In this document: positions 22,753 through 32,013 of the stretch, piece after piece
Numbering within the stretch: the first letter of the stretch is position 1
Layout of the letters: every line of letters starts with the position of its first letter
NCBI GenBank assembly: GCA_027493445.1
Contig: JAOSKU010000001.1
Location: 3,609,845 to 3,673,844 of the forward strand
Origin: Thermoleophilia bacterium
GTDB taxonomy: Bacteria > Actinomycetota > Thermoleophilia > RBG-16-64-13
Direction of reading: 5' to 3'
DNA: 64,000 nt
The notes under the pieces: generated by a model
What the model was told of the DNA's origin: nothing
The model's database searches: none
What the model saw: only the letters and a program-made list of their open reading frames with translations
Translations under genes and position numbers: made by a program

Positions 22753-23471
22753 GGTCGGGGCGACAGCCGGCAGTGTGGGCCGAGGCGTCCGCCGAGGGCG
22801 GCGGGGCCGAGGCGCCTGCCGGAGGCCGGTCGGGCTACGGCGGTGGAGATCGCTCGGTCGAGTCGCACTCGACGGGCGCCGCCGGGAGGACGCTCATCAT
22901 CGGCATGGGCAACCCGATCGTGAGCGACGACGCCGTCGGTGTGCTCTTGGCCACCGATCTCAAGCGCAGTCTGGCGGCAGTTGGGGTGGCTGGGGCGGCG
23001 TCGACCGCGACTGCCGGCGAGCTGGGGGGTCCGCCCGCAGCCGGCCACGCGCGGGGGCACGGGCGCGCGACTGAGGCGGTGGACGTGGTCGAAGAGTGCG
23101 CCTGCGGGGGACTGAGCCTCCTAGACATGGTGGTCGGGTACGACCGGCTGATCGTGCTCGACGCCATCAAAACCCGCGGCGGCGTGCCGGGCACTTGGTT
23201 CGAGCTCACAGCCGGCGATCTGCGCGAGACTCTACACCTTCGCAACGTACACGACGTCAATCTGGCGACCGCGCTCGCGCTCGGCCGGCGCCTGGGCCTT
23301 CAAGTGCCCGAAGATGCCCAGGTCCATATCTTCGCTGTGGAGGTCGAGGACGTCTGCACCTTCGCGGAGACCATGACCCCGGCGCTGCAGGCCACGTATC
23401 CCCAGCTGGCCGACGAGATCTACCGGCGCGTCACGGTGTTGCTTCGATCAGGCAGTGGGGCGGTGGTCTAA
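22725..23471 (+). CDS. Hydrogenase maturation endopeptidase (HyaD/HycI family); N-terminal extent uncertain
   Basis: LIIGMGNPIVSDDAVGVLLA and the later DAIK/HDV region match hydrogenase maturation proteases. The annotated GTG start gives an unusual 60-aa Gly/Ala-rich leader that overlaps the mvhA 3' end. Confidence 0.6.
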   Translation: MAPGDAELLGSGRQPAVWAEASAEGGGAEAPAGGRSGYGGGDRSVESHSTGAAGRTLIIGMGNPIVSDDAVGVLLATDLKRSLAAVGVAGAASTATAGELGGPPAAGHARGHGRATEAVDVVEECACGGLSLLDMVVGYDRLIVLDAIKTRGGVPGTWFELTAGDLRETLHLRNVHDVNLATALALGRRLGLQVPEDAQVHIFAVEVEDVCTFAETMTPALQATYPQLADEIYRRVTVLLRSGSGAVV

Positions 23472-23949
23472 GGTCGGGAGGCGCATCCTCCCCGTTCGTG
23501 GTATGGTACACGAAAGTATTGGGTCCTGCGCGCTCAGGGGGTCTGCAGATGAACGCGGGTGCTGACACAGCGAGAGAGCGTCAGGAAGCCGTGGATGGCT
23601 CCGTGCTCGAGGGGTATGGGCTGCGGTGGGCGGTACTGGCGGCCTGGGCCGACCAACTCAGGGGCCGGGGGCGGATGTGTCTCCCCAGGTGCGTAGGAAG
23701 CAGGAGGAGGCCCGCGTCATGATCTCGTCGGGCTGCTTCTCCAGCTGCGAGGTCGGGTGCATCCTTGGGGACATCGAGGCCGCGCTCATGACGGCGGACG
23801 GGTCCACTTCGGACACCCGGGCGGGCTTCTGGACCGAGCTCCTGGCCATGGCCATGTCCGACCGCGCGGGGGCCACGCAGCTGCTCCGTTTCCCCGCGGT
23901 GAAGGTGCACTTCAGCGATTGCGGGGCCCCTGTTTGCCGGTGCTGAGGA

Positions 23950-24650
23950 CGGTGCCCGTTCTCCGGTGAACTGATCAAGACCCGGCGCGAGGAGCGGTCT
24001 ACCGTTGTCCTTGCCGAGCAGGCCCAGCGGGCGGCGGGGGAGGCGGACGAGCGCCAGGCCCGCGACGCACGACTCGACGCACCTCTCGACGCATCGATGG
24101 TTTCCTCGCTTCGTGAGGCCGGAGCCATCTCCATTGGCCGGACCGACCTGGGTGATGCCGCTGGTGTCCGCGAGGCGAACACGCGAAAGGCCGGTATCGC
24201 ATCGCCGGCCTACGCTCTGATCGAGGCGAACGCGCGCGGCTGGAGTTCTCCGCTCATCCTGGCGCTCTTCGCCGTCTCGGTAGCGACGCTCACGAGCTTT
24301 TTCGTCGTTAAGTCGCGCACCGCCGGCCCGATGCTGCAGCTGCACTCCTTCCGCGACCCCACCTTCGCGGCCGCCAATGCGGTGGCGGCCATCATCAGTT
24401 TCGGCCTGTTCGGGATCTTCATTCTTCGGCTCCGATCGGCGGCCAGATAGCGGGCCGCATCGGCTCGCGGGCGCCCATGGTGGCCGGACTCACGTTCGCC
24501 GGGAGGAACCTCCTGCTGATGACGCGGGTCGACGCAGGAGATCCCTACGCGACGATCCGGCCCTTCCTCATGCTGATGGGTCTGGGGATGAGCTTGGCGA
24601 TCTCGCCGATGACCGCCGCCGTTTTCCGTCCGAGCTCCCATTTATGCTCG
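23950..24650 (+). pseudogene. Remnant of an EmrB/QacA-type MFS drug-efflux gene (internal fragment only, frameshifted)
   Basis: ORF 24097..24450 gives PMLQLHSFRDPTFAAANAVAAIISFGLFG (TM6-7 region). ORF 24477..24806 gives LMGLGMSLAISPMTAAVF (TM8-9 region) in another frame. No N-terminal TMs or C-terminus are found, and no convincing coding signal exists in 23480-23950. Confidence 0.4.
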
Positions 24651-24681
24651 TTCCACGTGATCAGGACCAGGAGGTGCGGGC

Positions 24682-25233
24682 ATGAGGCGCTCGAGAGGGC
24701 GGGGGGCACGGTGGGCGTCACTGGCGGCCGGAGCTGTTCTGACGGCCATCGCGGTCGGGGCGTTGGCGGGAGGTATCGCGGAGGGGGCGGGTGGTGGCCG
24801 GCCTGAACCGGTCGGCGGGTACCCGAGCGCAGACCTCCAGCTTCGCGGGTCGGAGTCGTCCCCGGCGGTGCCCGGCAACGATTCATCGGCCTTGCTGCAG
24901 GGCCCGTGGTCTATTGTAGAAGGTCATGTGCACGTCGTAGTGGAACGGGTGGAGACCGGGGTCGAACGGGGAGAAGGGCGCCTGGCCGTCTATCTCACCG
25001 TCGTGAACGAAGGCGACCACCTGGCTACGGTGACCCCGCTCGACTTCGCGCTGATCGACGAGAGAGGCGGTCGCACTGTGGCCATCGTTGGAGGCGGTGC
25101 GCACGAAGACGCGTTGCTGCCCGCGGTGGCCCTCGATTCGGGGGAGCGGGCCGAGGGATGGCGGGTGTTCAAGCTCCCCCGGGGGAGGTCGATCTTCGAG
25201 CTTCGCTACCGCCCCGAGGTCCGAGGCAGCTGA
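24682..25233 (+). CDS. Secreted or membrane-anchored hypothetical protein (DUF4352-like beta-sandwich)
   Basis: Basic N-terminus followed by a hydrophobic helix (signal/anchor). Then a G/A-rich linker and a compact domain with coding-like composition. Confidence 0.5.
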   Translation: MRRSRGRGARWASLAAGAVLTAIAVGALAGGIAEGAGGGRPEPVGGYPSADLQLRGSESSPAVPGNDSSALLQGPWSIVEGHVHVVVERVETGVERGEGRLAVYLTVVNEGDHLATVTPLDFALIDERGGRTVAIVGGGAHEDALLPAVALDSGERAEGWRVFKLPRGRSIFELRYRPEVRGS

Positions 25234-25447
25234 TTGGTGGTCGTCGGGGGGGCGCTCGTTGATCGCACATAGTACAGCTCCTCCGCCCCGCCCCCGGTCT
25301 GTTCCGGCTCGGCAGGCTGGGCTTACCGGTGTTCGCGTGCGGGCATACTTCCCACTGGAAAGTGCGGGCGGGCTGGGCCCGTCCCCCTCCTCAGGAGCGT
25401 GAGACCCGCGGGGCCGGAGGGCCTCGGCGGCCGGAAGGGAGCTTCGA

Positions 25448-26944
25448 ATGTTGCGGATCGAGATAGAAAGGGATCTCAAGATGATCGTCGGGGGCGAGGA
25501 GGTCGAGGCCGCCGGCGGGCAGCGGATGGAGGTCGTTAACCCGGCCGACGAGACCGTCGTGGGCAGCGTGCCCAAAGCGGGCTCCGAGGACGTGGCGCGG
25601 GCGGTGGCCGCCGCGCGCAAGGCCTTCAAGACGTGGTCGCGTCTCTCGCCCGGAGAGCGGGGGACCTTGCTGACCCGCCTGGCCGACCGCTTGGACGAGT
25701 ACGCGCGGCCGCTCGCCGAGCTGGAAACGGCTCAGACGGGCAAGCCCATCAAGCTCTCGGCCAACTCCGACGTGCCCTTCGCCAACGACAACATCCGTTT
25801 CATGGGCGCGCAGGCCCGGGTGCTCGAGGGGAGCGCCGCCGGGGAGTACGTCACGGGCTACACCAGCATCATCCGCCGGGAACCGGTGGGGGTGGTGGGC
25901 TCCATCGCTCCCTGGAACTACCCGTACCTCATGGCCGCTTGGAAGATCGGCCCGGCTCTGGCGGCGGGGAACACCGTTCTTCTGAAGCCGGCGTCGAATA
26001 CGCCCCTCACCTCCATCGAGATCGCCAAAGTGGCGCTGGAGGTGGGTATCCCTGAGGGCGTGCTGAACGTGGTCACCGGACCGGGCGCTGAAGTGGGCAA
26101 GGCCATGACCACCCATCCGGATATCAACATGATCTCTTTGACCGGCGACACGGCTACGGGGGCGCTGATCATGGCGCAGGCGGCTCCCACGGTGAAGCGC
26201 CTGCATCTGGAGCTGGGGGGCAAGGCGCCCTTCATCGTCTTCGACGACGCCGACCTGGAGGCCGCGGTGCAGGGCGCCGTGGTGGGCGGCTTCGTCAACA
26301 CCGGGCAGGACTGCACCGCCGCTACCCGGGTCTACGTGCAGCGAGCCCGTTACCCCGAGTTCCTGGAAAGGTTCGTTGAGGCGACCCGCGCGATCCGCGT
26401 GGGAGATCCGATGCTCGAGACCACCGACATGGGTCCCCTGATCTCGGCGGCCCAGAGGGAGCGGGTGGTCGGTTTCATGGAGCGGTCGCGGGCGGCCGGC
26501 ATCCAGGTCGCGCTCGGCGGCCATGTCATCGACGGCCCCGGCTTCTATTTCCAGCCCACCATCCTGACGGGGGCCAGGCACGAGGACGAGGTGGTGCAGA
26601 GAGAGATCTTCGGGCCCGCCGTGGTGGTCATGAGCTTCGACACGGAGGAGGAGATCGTCGAGAAGGCAAACGGCGTGGAGTACGGTCTGGCCTCCTCGGT
26701 CTGGACAACCAACGTATTCCGGGCCCTGCGGGTCTCGAAGGAGCTGGAGTTCGGCGAGGTGTGGATCAACGACCACCTGCCCCTTGCTTCCGAGATGCCT
26801 CACGGTGGGGTGAAGAAGTCGGGCTTCGGCAGCGATCTGTCCCGGTACAGCTTCGAGGAGTACACCACGGTCAAACACGTGATGGCCGACCTGACCGGCG
26901 GCGCTCGCAAGGGCTGGCACTTTACCGTGTACGGCGACGCCTGA
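25448..26944 (+). CDS. NAD(P)-dependent aldehyde dehydrogenase
   Basis: ALDH motifs are present: ELGGKAP, the catalytic Cys region GQDCTAATR and EIFGPV. Length is about 490 aa. The start may be 25448 or 25481. Confidence 0.9.
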   Translation: MLRIEIERDLKMIVGGEEVEAAGGQRMEVVNPADETVVGSVPKAGSEDVARAVAAARKAFKTWSRLSPGERGTLLTRLADRLDEYARPLAELETAQTGKPIKLSANSDVPFANDNIRFMGAQARVLEGSAAGEYVTGYTSIIRREPVGVVGSIAPWNYPYLMAAWKIGPALAAGNTVLLKPASNTPLTSIEIAKVALEVGIPEGVLNVVTGPGAEVGKAMTTHPDINMISLTGDTATGALIMAQAAPTVKRLHLELGGKAPFIVFDDADLEAAVQGAVVGGFVNTGQDCTAATRVYVQRARYPEFLERFVEATRAIRVGDPMLETTDMGPLISAAQRERVVGFMERSRAAGIQVALGGHVIDGPGFYFQPTILTGARHEDEVVQREIFGPAVVVMSFDTEEEIVEKANGVEYGLASSVWTTNVFRALRVSKELEFGEVWINDHLPLASEMPHGGVKKSGFGSDLSRYSFEEYTTVKHVMADLTGGARKGWHFTVYGDA

Positions 26945-26992
26945 TAGGAGCGGCGCGAGGACCGTCCGCCAGGGCCAGCGCCTGAACCCGGG

Positions 26993-28612
26993 TCAGAAGT
27001 CGTTGCCCACCTCGAGGGGCGGGATGTAGTCCGGCTCGTAGGGGAAGTCGACCAGGCGTTTGGCCACCGAGGCCTCCAGGACGTCGTCGACCCAACGGAA
27101 TATGTTGTTCCGGCGGATCGACTCACGCAGTCGCTTCATGCGGCGCTGCCTCTCGGCGGGAGCCATGTGGTACGCGGAGTGGATGGCCTCGGCCATGCCC
27201 TCGACGTCGAAGGGGTTGACCGTGAGGGCCCAGCGGTGGAGCTGGGCGGCGGCGCCGGCGAACTCGCTCAGGATGAGGGTGCCCATGTTGTCCACATGGG
27301 CGGCGCAGTACTCTTTGGCCACCAGGTTCATGCCGTCCTTGAGAGGGGTCACCAGGGCGATATCGGCCGCCCGGTAGTAGGCCAGCAGCTCCTCGCGGTC
27401 GAAGCTGCGGAAGAAATAGTGGATGGGCACCCAGCCGATCTGGGTGAACTGGCCGTTGATCTCGCCAACCAGCCGGTCGACCTCGGCCCGCAGGGCCTGG
27501 TACTCGGGCACCGTCTGGCGGCTGGGCACGGCCACCTGCACGTAGGTGACGTTGCAGCGCAGCTCCGGGTAGCGGCTGAGGGCCAGACGGAAGGCCTCCA
27601 GGCGCTCGGGGATGCCCTTGGTGTAGTCGAGCCGGTCGACCCCCAAGATGATGGTCCGGCCGCCCAGCTCCTCGCGCAGGCGCAGGGTGCGCGCCGACAC
27701 CGAAGGGCCGGCCGCCTGGCGGGCGAACTCGTCGTAGTCAATGCTGATGGGGAAGGCGCCCACACGCACATCGCGGCCCGCGTAGCTCAGGCTGACCACC
27801 GCGCCTTGCCCGCGGGCCCGCACGTTCGGTACGACCATGCGGGCGCAGTCCAGGAAGTTGCGGCGGTCGCGGGCCGTCTGGAAGCCGACCAGGTCATAGT
27901 CGAGCAGGGCATGCAGGATCTGGGCTCGCCAGGGGAGCTTGAGGAAGATGTCCAGGGCCGGGAAGGGGATGTGCAGGAAGAAGCCGATGCGTTGTTCGAC
28001 CCCTAAAGCCCGCAGCTCCCGGCCAAGGGTCATCAGATGGTAGTCGTGCACCCAGATGTAGTCGGCCGACCGGCCGCGCCGGGCGACCACTCGGGCGAAC
28101 TTGCGGTTCACCTCCAGGTAGGCGCGCCAGCCTTCGGGGGCGAACTTGGCCCGGGTGAAGAGGTCGTGGAACAGGGGCCACAGGGCCTCGTTCGAGATGC
28201 CTCGGTAGAACAGGCGCACCTCTTCGGGCGTCAGGCGGACCGGGTGCAGGCGATAGCCGGCCTCGCGGGAGGCCTGGTCCAGCAGCGGGTGCAGATCGAC
28301 CTCGTCGCTGACTCCGGCCCAGCCAATCCAGAGCCCGCCGCGGTTCCGCAGCACCGGCGCCAGAGCGGTGACCAGCCCTCCGGACCCCGGGTGGGTGGTC
28401 CAGCCTTCTTCGCCGTGCTCCACGACCACAGGGAGACGGTTCGACACAGCTACGAAACGTAGGGCGTCTCTGTCGACCCGCGTCTCGAGGTTGCGGGCGC
28501 CGGCGGTGTTTCGCTCAGGCGCGTGTTCACGTGGGTTTTGGGTGGTCGCGCCGTTGGTGGCCCCTCCGGGGGGGGTCAGAGTCCATCGTGTCGTCATGTC
28601 AGTCAAAACCAA
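26993..28612 (-). CDS. otsA: Trehalose-6-phosphate synthase (GT20 family)
   Basis: GT20 hallmarks are present: [29 protein letters not shown]. It is convergent with the aldehyde dehydrogenase gene. The start is 28612 or 28597. Confidence 0.85.
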   Translation of the reverse strand: MVLTDMTTRWTLTPPGGATNGATTQNPREHAPERNTAGARNLETRVDRDALRFVAVSNRLPVVVEHGEEGWTTHPGSGGLVTALAPVLRNRGGLWIGWAGVSDEVDLHPLLDQASREAGYRLHPVRLTPEEVRLFYRGISNEALWPLFHDLFTRAKFAPEGWRAYLEVNRKFARVVARRGRSADYIWVHDYHLMTLGRELRALGVEQRIGFFLHIPFPALDIFLKLPWRAQILHALLDYDLVGFQTARDRRNFLDCARMVVPNVRARGQGAVVSLSYAGRDVRVGAFPISIDYDEFARQAAGPSVSARTLRLREELGGRTIILGVDRLDYTKGIPERLEAFRLALSRYPELRCNVTYVQVAVPSRQTVPEYQALRAEVDRLVGEINGQFTQIGWVPIHYFFRSFDREELLAYYRAADIALVTPLKDGMNLVAKEYCAAHVDNMGTLILSEFAGAAAQLHRWALTVNPFDVEGMAEAIHSAYHMAPAERQRRMKRLRESIRRNNIFRWVDDVLEASVAKRLVDFPYEPDYIPPLEVGNDF

Positions 28613-29846
28613 CCTCGATCCTCTCAGTCTGCCCGACCCGCATGCCGAGCATGATGGCCAGGTACTCCCGCAGGTGGCGTGTGATCAGGAAGTTCTCCCA
28701 CACAAAGCGGTGAGCCCGTTCCCCCATCATGTTCAAGACGTCGCGCCGGTGCAGCAGGTAGCGGACACGCAGGGCTGCCCCCTCGGGGGTGCGCACCAGG
28801 AAGCCTGTGTAGTGCTGCACCACCTGCAGGCGGATGCCCCCGGTGTCGCCGCCTATGACCGGCTTGCCCTTCCACATGGCCTCGGTCACCGTGAGCCCGA
28901 AGCCCTCGCGCAGCGACTTCTGCAGCACGATGTCGGCCGCCCGCTGCAGGGCGTTGATCGTGCGGTGGGCGTCGGGAGGGAGGAGGAGCACCTTCACGCG
29001 CGGGTCGCCCTCCGCGGCGACGCGCACCTCGCTCAGGACGGCTTCGGCCTCGGGGTCGTCGCTCGCTCCGCCGCCCGCCAGCACCAGTTGCAGGGGCGTG
29101 TGGTGCGCTACCAGCTGGTAGGCGGCGATCACGCCCAAGGGGTCTTTGAAGCGGTCGTAGCGCGAGACCTGCAGGATCATGGGGAGCTCCGGATCCAGGT
29201 CGTGCTTCTGGCGGACGGCGGCCACCTCGCCTTCGGGCAGGTCGATGTTCTTCTCGCTGAGCGGGTCGATGCTCGGAGGCACCAGGAACTGGCGGTGCGG
29301 CAGGGGCTGGGCGAACTCCGGCAGGGAGAAGATGCTGGCATCGTAGGGGGTGACCCACTGGCGCACGTATCGCCACGTGGGCCGGTGGGGCCGCTGGGCG
29401 TCGATATGGCAGCGCCAGATCCAGATGCCCTTACGGTCGGGGAAGTGGCTGAGCAGGGCGGCCGGCTGCGGGTCGTGGATGAAGACGAAGTCGGCGTCCT
29501 GCAGCACGCCCCGGAGCAGCTCGGCGTTCTCAGCGTTGACCTGCTCGTATTCGCGCAGGAGGTGTTGCGGTAAGGGTACCGCCCGGCCCTGCAGGCCGTT
29601 GTGGAGGCTCTTGGTGAGCTGGTAGAAACCAGGGCCTCCGGTTATGACCTCCCAGCCGGCGTCGATGCCGAGGGCCCGCTTGAGGGGAATGAGCTTGCCC
29701 AGGATCTCGGCCACCCCACCGCCTTCGCGCGTGGAGTTCACATGGACCACGCGGGCGCCCGCCAGTGGCTTGGCCAGCTGGCGCAGATGGTCGACCACGT
29801 CCTGCCCGGCCGCCTGGGCGTAGCTGTCCAGGATGTCGGCCATCAT
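28599..29846 (-). CDS. treT: Trehalose glycosyltransferring synthase, TreT-type GT4 (NDP-glucose + glucose to trehalose)
   Basis: Strong TreT signature blocks: VHVNSTREGGGVAEIL, VFIHDPQPAAL, WRCHID, PPSIDPLSEKN, REGFGLTVTEAMWKGKPVIG, NFLITRHLREYL. The start is placed at ATG 29846 (MMADILDSY); the upstream 107 codons of the ORF look non-coding. Confidence 0.85.
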   Translation of the reverse strand: MMADILDSYAQAAGQDVVDHLRQLAKPLAGARVVHVNSTREGGGVAEILGKLIPLKRALGIDAGWEVITGGPGFYQLTKSLHNGLQGRAVPLPQHLLREYEQVNAENAELLRGVLQDADFVFIHDPQPAALLSHFPDRKGIWIWRCHIDAQRPHRPTWRYVRQWVTPYDASIFSLPEFAQPLPHRQFLVPPSIDPLSEKNIDLPEGEVAAVRQKHDLDPELPMILQVSRYDRFKDPLGVIAAYQLVAHHTPLQLVLAGGGASDDPEAEAVLSEVRVAAEGDPRVKVLLLPPDAHRTINALQRAADIVLQKSLREGFGLTVTEAMWKGKPVIGGDTGGIRLQVVQHYTGFLVRTPEGAALRVRYLLHRRDVLNMMGERAHRFVWENFLITRHLREYLAIMLGMRVGQTERIEVGFD

Positions 29847-30039
29847 CGCGGCCGTCCCTCGTCGGGGCAGGGGATCGTTTCGGGCATCACGCCCCGGGGG
29901 TCCCATTGCTCGGTAGGCAGGTCGAAGAACGAGCCGAAGGCGCAGACCAGCATGCGGCGGATCTCTTTGAGCGACGAGAAGTAGGGATCGAGGTTGCAGA
30001 GGGCCGTGACCAGCCGGGCGTACTCGGGTCCCCAGGAGT

Positions 30040-30648
30040 CTAGCCAGATACTGAGGTCGTCGCGCCTGTCGCTGGTGCGCCGGTGGGCGTCGATGAAGTG
30101 ATAGTACACGCTGCCCAGAGAGAGCCCGGGCATGCCGTCGGCCATCTCCCGGGGGTAGTGTAGACAATACCCGAATCGAGAACGATGATTTCAGACTGGA
30201 CGAAGTGGAGCGGCTGCTCGGCTCTTATGAAGCTGAGCATGGGGTTCTCGTCGAGGGCCTGCTCGACGATCTCAATGAGCTCCTGTCGCAACGTGCCCAG
30301 ACTGTCGAACTCGGCTGGGTCCACGGCGCTCAGGCGTTCGGCCAGAGCCTTGTCGCGCAGGTGATGGTAGGTCCAGGCGGCGAAGTCGTTGCTGTATTCC
30401 GGCTCGTCGAACTGGGTACGCATGAGGCGGCCCCAGAAGTGGTGATAGATGCTGCTCTCCGGGATCAGCTGGAGGGCGCCGTGGAACTCCTTGGCGTTCT
30501 CAGCGGAGACGGCGGTGGACAGGGTCAGGAGCGTGCAGTCGCGCACGGCGAAGCCGTTGACGCTCTTGGGCCTGGTGCTGCCTCGGTTGCGCGCGGAGCT
30601 GCCGATCGGGACCTTACCGCTCCCGGATGCAGAGAACGCTTCACTCAT
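30040..30648 (-). CDS. Hypothetical protein; 3' end uncertain
   Basis: About 200-aa ORF with acidic, coding-like composition (FHGALQLIPESSIYHHFWG...FDEPEYSNDFAAW). It lies upstream of treT. The C-terminal tail may carry a homopolymer frameshift. Confidence 0.4.
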   Translation of the reverse strand: MSEAFSASGSGKVPIGSSARNRGSTRPKSVNGFAVRDCTLLTLSTAVSAENAKEFHGALQLIPESSIYHHFWGRLMRTQFDEPEYSNDFAAWTYHHLRDKALAERLSAVDPAEFDSLGTLRQELIEIVEQALDENPMLSFIRAEQPLHFVQSEIIVLDSGIVYTTPGRWPTACPGSLWAACTITSSTPTGAPATGATTSVSG

Positions 30649-30649
30649 G

Positions 30650-30852
30650 GCGTGCTACGGTGTGCGCACTAATATCGCTGCGGAACATGTGATCTCCATG
30701 ATATCGTATTAGAGTGTCTCATGCAAAGAATGAGTGATAACTGGGATCAAGAAACAACGCTATTCTTAAGAACAAGAAGTAGAGATTCTTCTGACCCTCC
30801 TTATGGCAGTCGGGGGTGGTGATGGGCGCCAAGGGATTGGTCGGGGCGCTCG
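30650..30852. promoter_or_regulatory. AT-rich divergent intergenic region (candidate bidirectional promoter/operator)
   Basis: About 200 bp at roughly 40-45% GC in a 70% GC background. It contains the palindrome TCTTAAGA and the inverted repeat aagaat...attctt. It is flanked by divergently oriented genes. Confidence 0.4.
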
Positions 30853-32013
30853 ATGCGCGTATCCGCGCCTGCCTGGAGCTGCCGTTCCAGGTGCGCGGCC
30901 ATCCACACACGCGCCCTCCAGAACCCTTTCTCCGGCACCGGGGTGCTGCTAAACCCCGCCCGCCGTGAACGCACCCGTATCTCCTCAGACGCCTGCCCGT
31001 ACTGCGCGGGACGCACCCCGCCGACGCTGGCGTATGTAGCCGACCGGCCGGGAGGGCCGGAGTTGGTGGTGGAGGGCGAGACGGAGTCGCTCGCGCTGGC
31101 CGGCGCCTTGGCCGCCCGGGGCACGGCCGATGCGTGGGAGGTGGTGCAGGCCCTGGGGGATCGCACTCGCACGGGGGCGGGCGAAGGCTTGGTGCCCCTA
31201 GTCCATCCGCCCGAGCCTTGGCTGGCCCGGGTCTTCCTGAACCTGACCCCGGCGCTGGTTTCGCGCGAGAGCCCGGCCAATGCCTTCGTGGTGTCGGTGT
31301 CGCCGGCTCATCACGACGCAGACCTGGCTCCCATCCGCCGGACCGTGGCCACCCCGGTGCTGCCCGTGGACGTGGTGACGGCCGTGGTCCGTTGCTGGCA
31401 GGCGCTCGACGACTGGGCTTCGGTACAGGGCCTCACGGCCGTGCCCTTCATCAACGGAGGCAAAGACCGGGCCTCCGGTCAAAGTATCAGCTGCTTTCAC
31501 AGCCAGGTGGTGGCTGTGGGACCGGAGGACGCCCCGCCCCTCTACCAGGCCATCGCCCGGCGACGGGCGGCAGCCGGCTGTCCCGTCTGCGCCGTGCTGG
31601 CCGATCCCGGGTTGTGGGTGGCCGATGTGGGGAAGGTGGCGCTGGCCGTGCACCCGGCGCCCGATCGTGACCTCACGTTGCTGGTGGCTCCCCGGAGCGA
31701 GACGGCGCGTCTGGGCGAGGTCCATCCCCTGAAAGACCTGGCCCGCGGCCTGCTCTTGGCGGCGGCCTGCCTGGATCGGCGGCTGGGTGGTCTGCCCGCC
31801 TACAACGTGGCCCTCAGGCTGGGACTCCAGGTGGGACACCTGCACGCCGAGGTGGTACCCCGCTCGGGCGTGAACGTGCGGGCCGGCTTCGAGGTGGCCA
31901 CCGGGCTCACGGTGCTGACCCGCAACCCGTACGCCGTGGCCGCTCGGCTTCGCAGTGAGATGGCCGGTTGGGAGCCAGCCGGCGGGCGGGCCGGCCGCGC
32001 ACCGGCCTCCTAG
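30853..32013 (+). CDS. GalT-family HIT-like nucleotidyltransferase (galactose-1-phosphate uridylyltransferase / NDP-hexose phosphorylase-like)
   Basis: N-terminus HTRALQNPFSGTGVLLNPARRERTRISSDACPYCAG corresponds to GalT [22 protein letters not shown]...CFLCAG. VSVSPAHH corresponds to FSPDH. SISCFHSQV corresponds to NPHPHGQ. GHLHAEVVP corresponds to LHAHFYPP. Confidence 0.65.
   Translation: MRVSAPAWSCRSRCAAIHTRALQNPFSGTGVLLNPARRERTRISSDACPYCAGRTPPTLAYVADRPGGPELVVEGETESLALAGALAARGTADAWEVVQALGDRTRTGAGEGLVPLVHPPEPWLARVFLNLTPALVSRESPANAFVVSVSPAHHDADLAPIRRTVATPVLPVDVVTAVVRCWQALDDWASVQGLTAVPFINGGKDRASGQSISCFHSQVVAVGPEDAPPLYQAIARRRAAAGCPVCAVLADPGLWVADVGKVALAVHPAPDRDLTLLVAPRSETARLGEVHPLKDLARGLLLAAACLDRRLGGLPAYNVALRLGLQVGHLHAEVVPRSGVNVRAGFEVATGLTVLTRNPYAVAARLRSEMAGWEPAGGRAGRAPAS

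Noticed and set aside
25391-26920. 509-aa minus-strand ORF
   Set aside because: It is antisense to the aldehyde dehydrogenase gene.
27167-29573. Plus-strand ORFs of 279 aa and 401 aa
   Set aside because: They are antisense to otsA and treT, both of which have strong family signatures.
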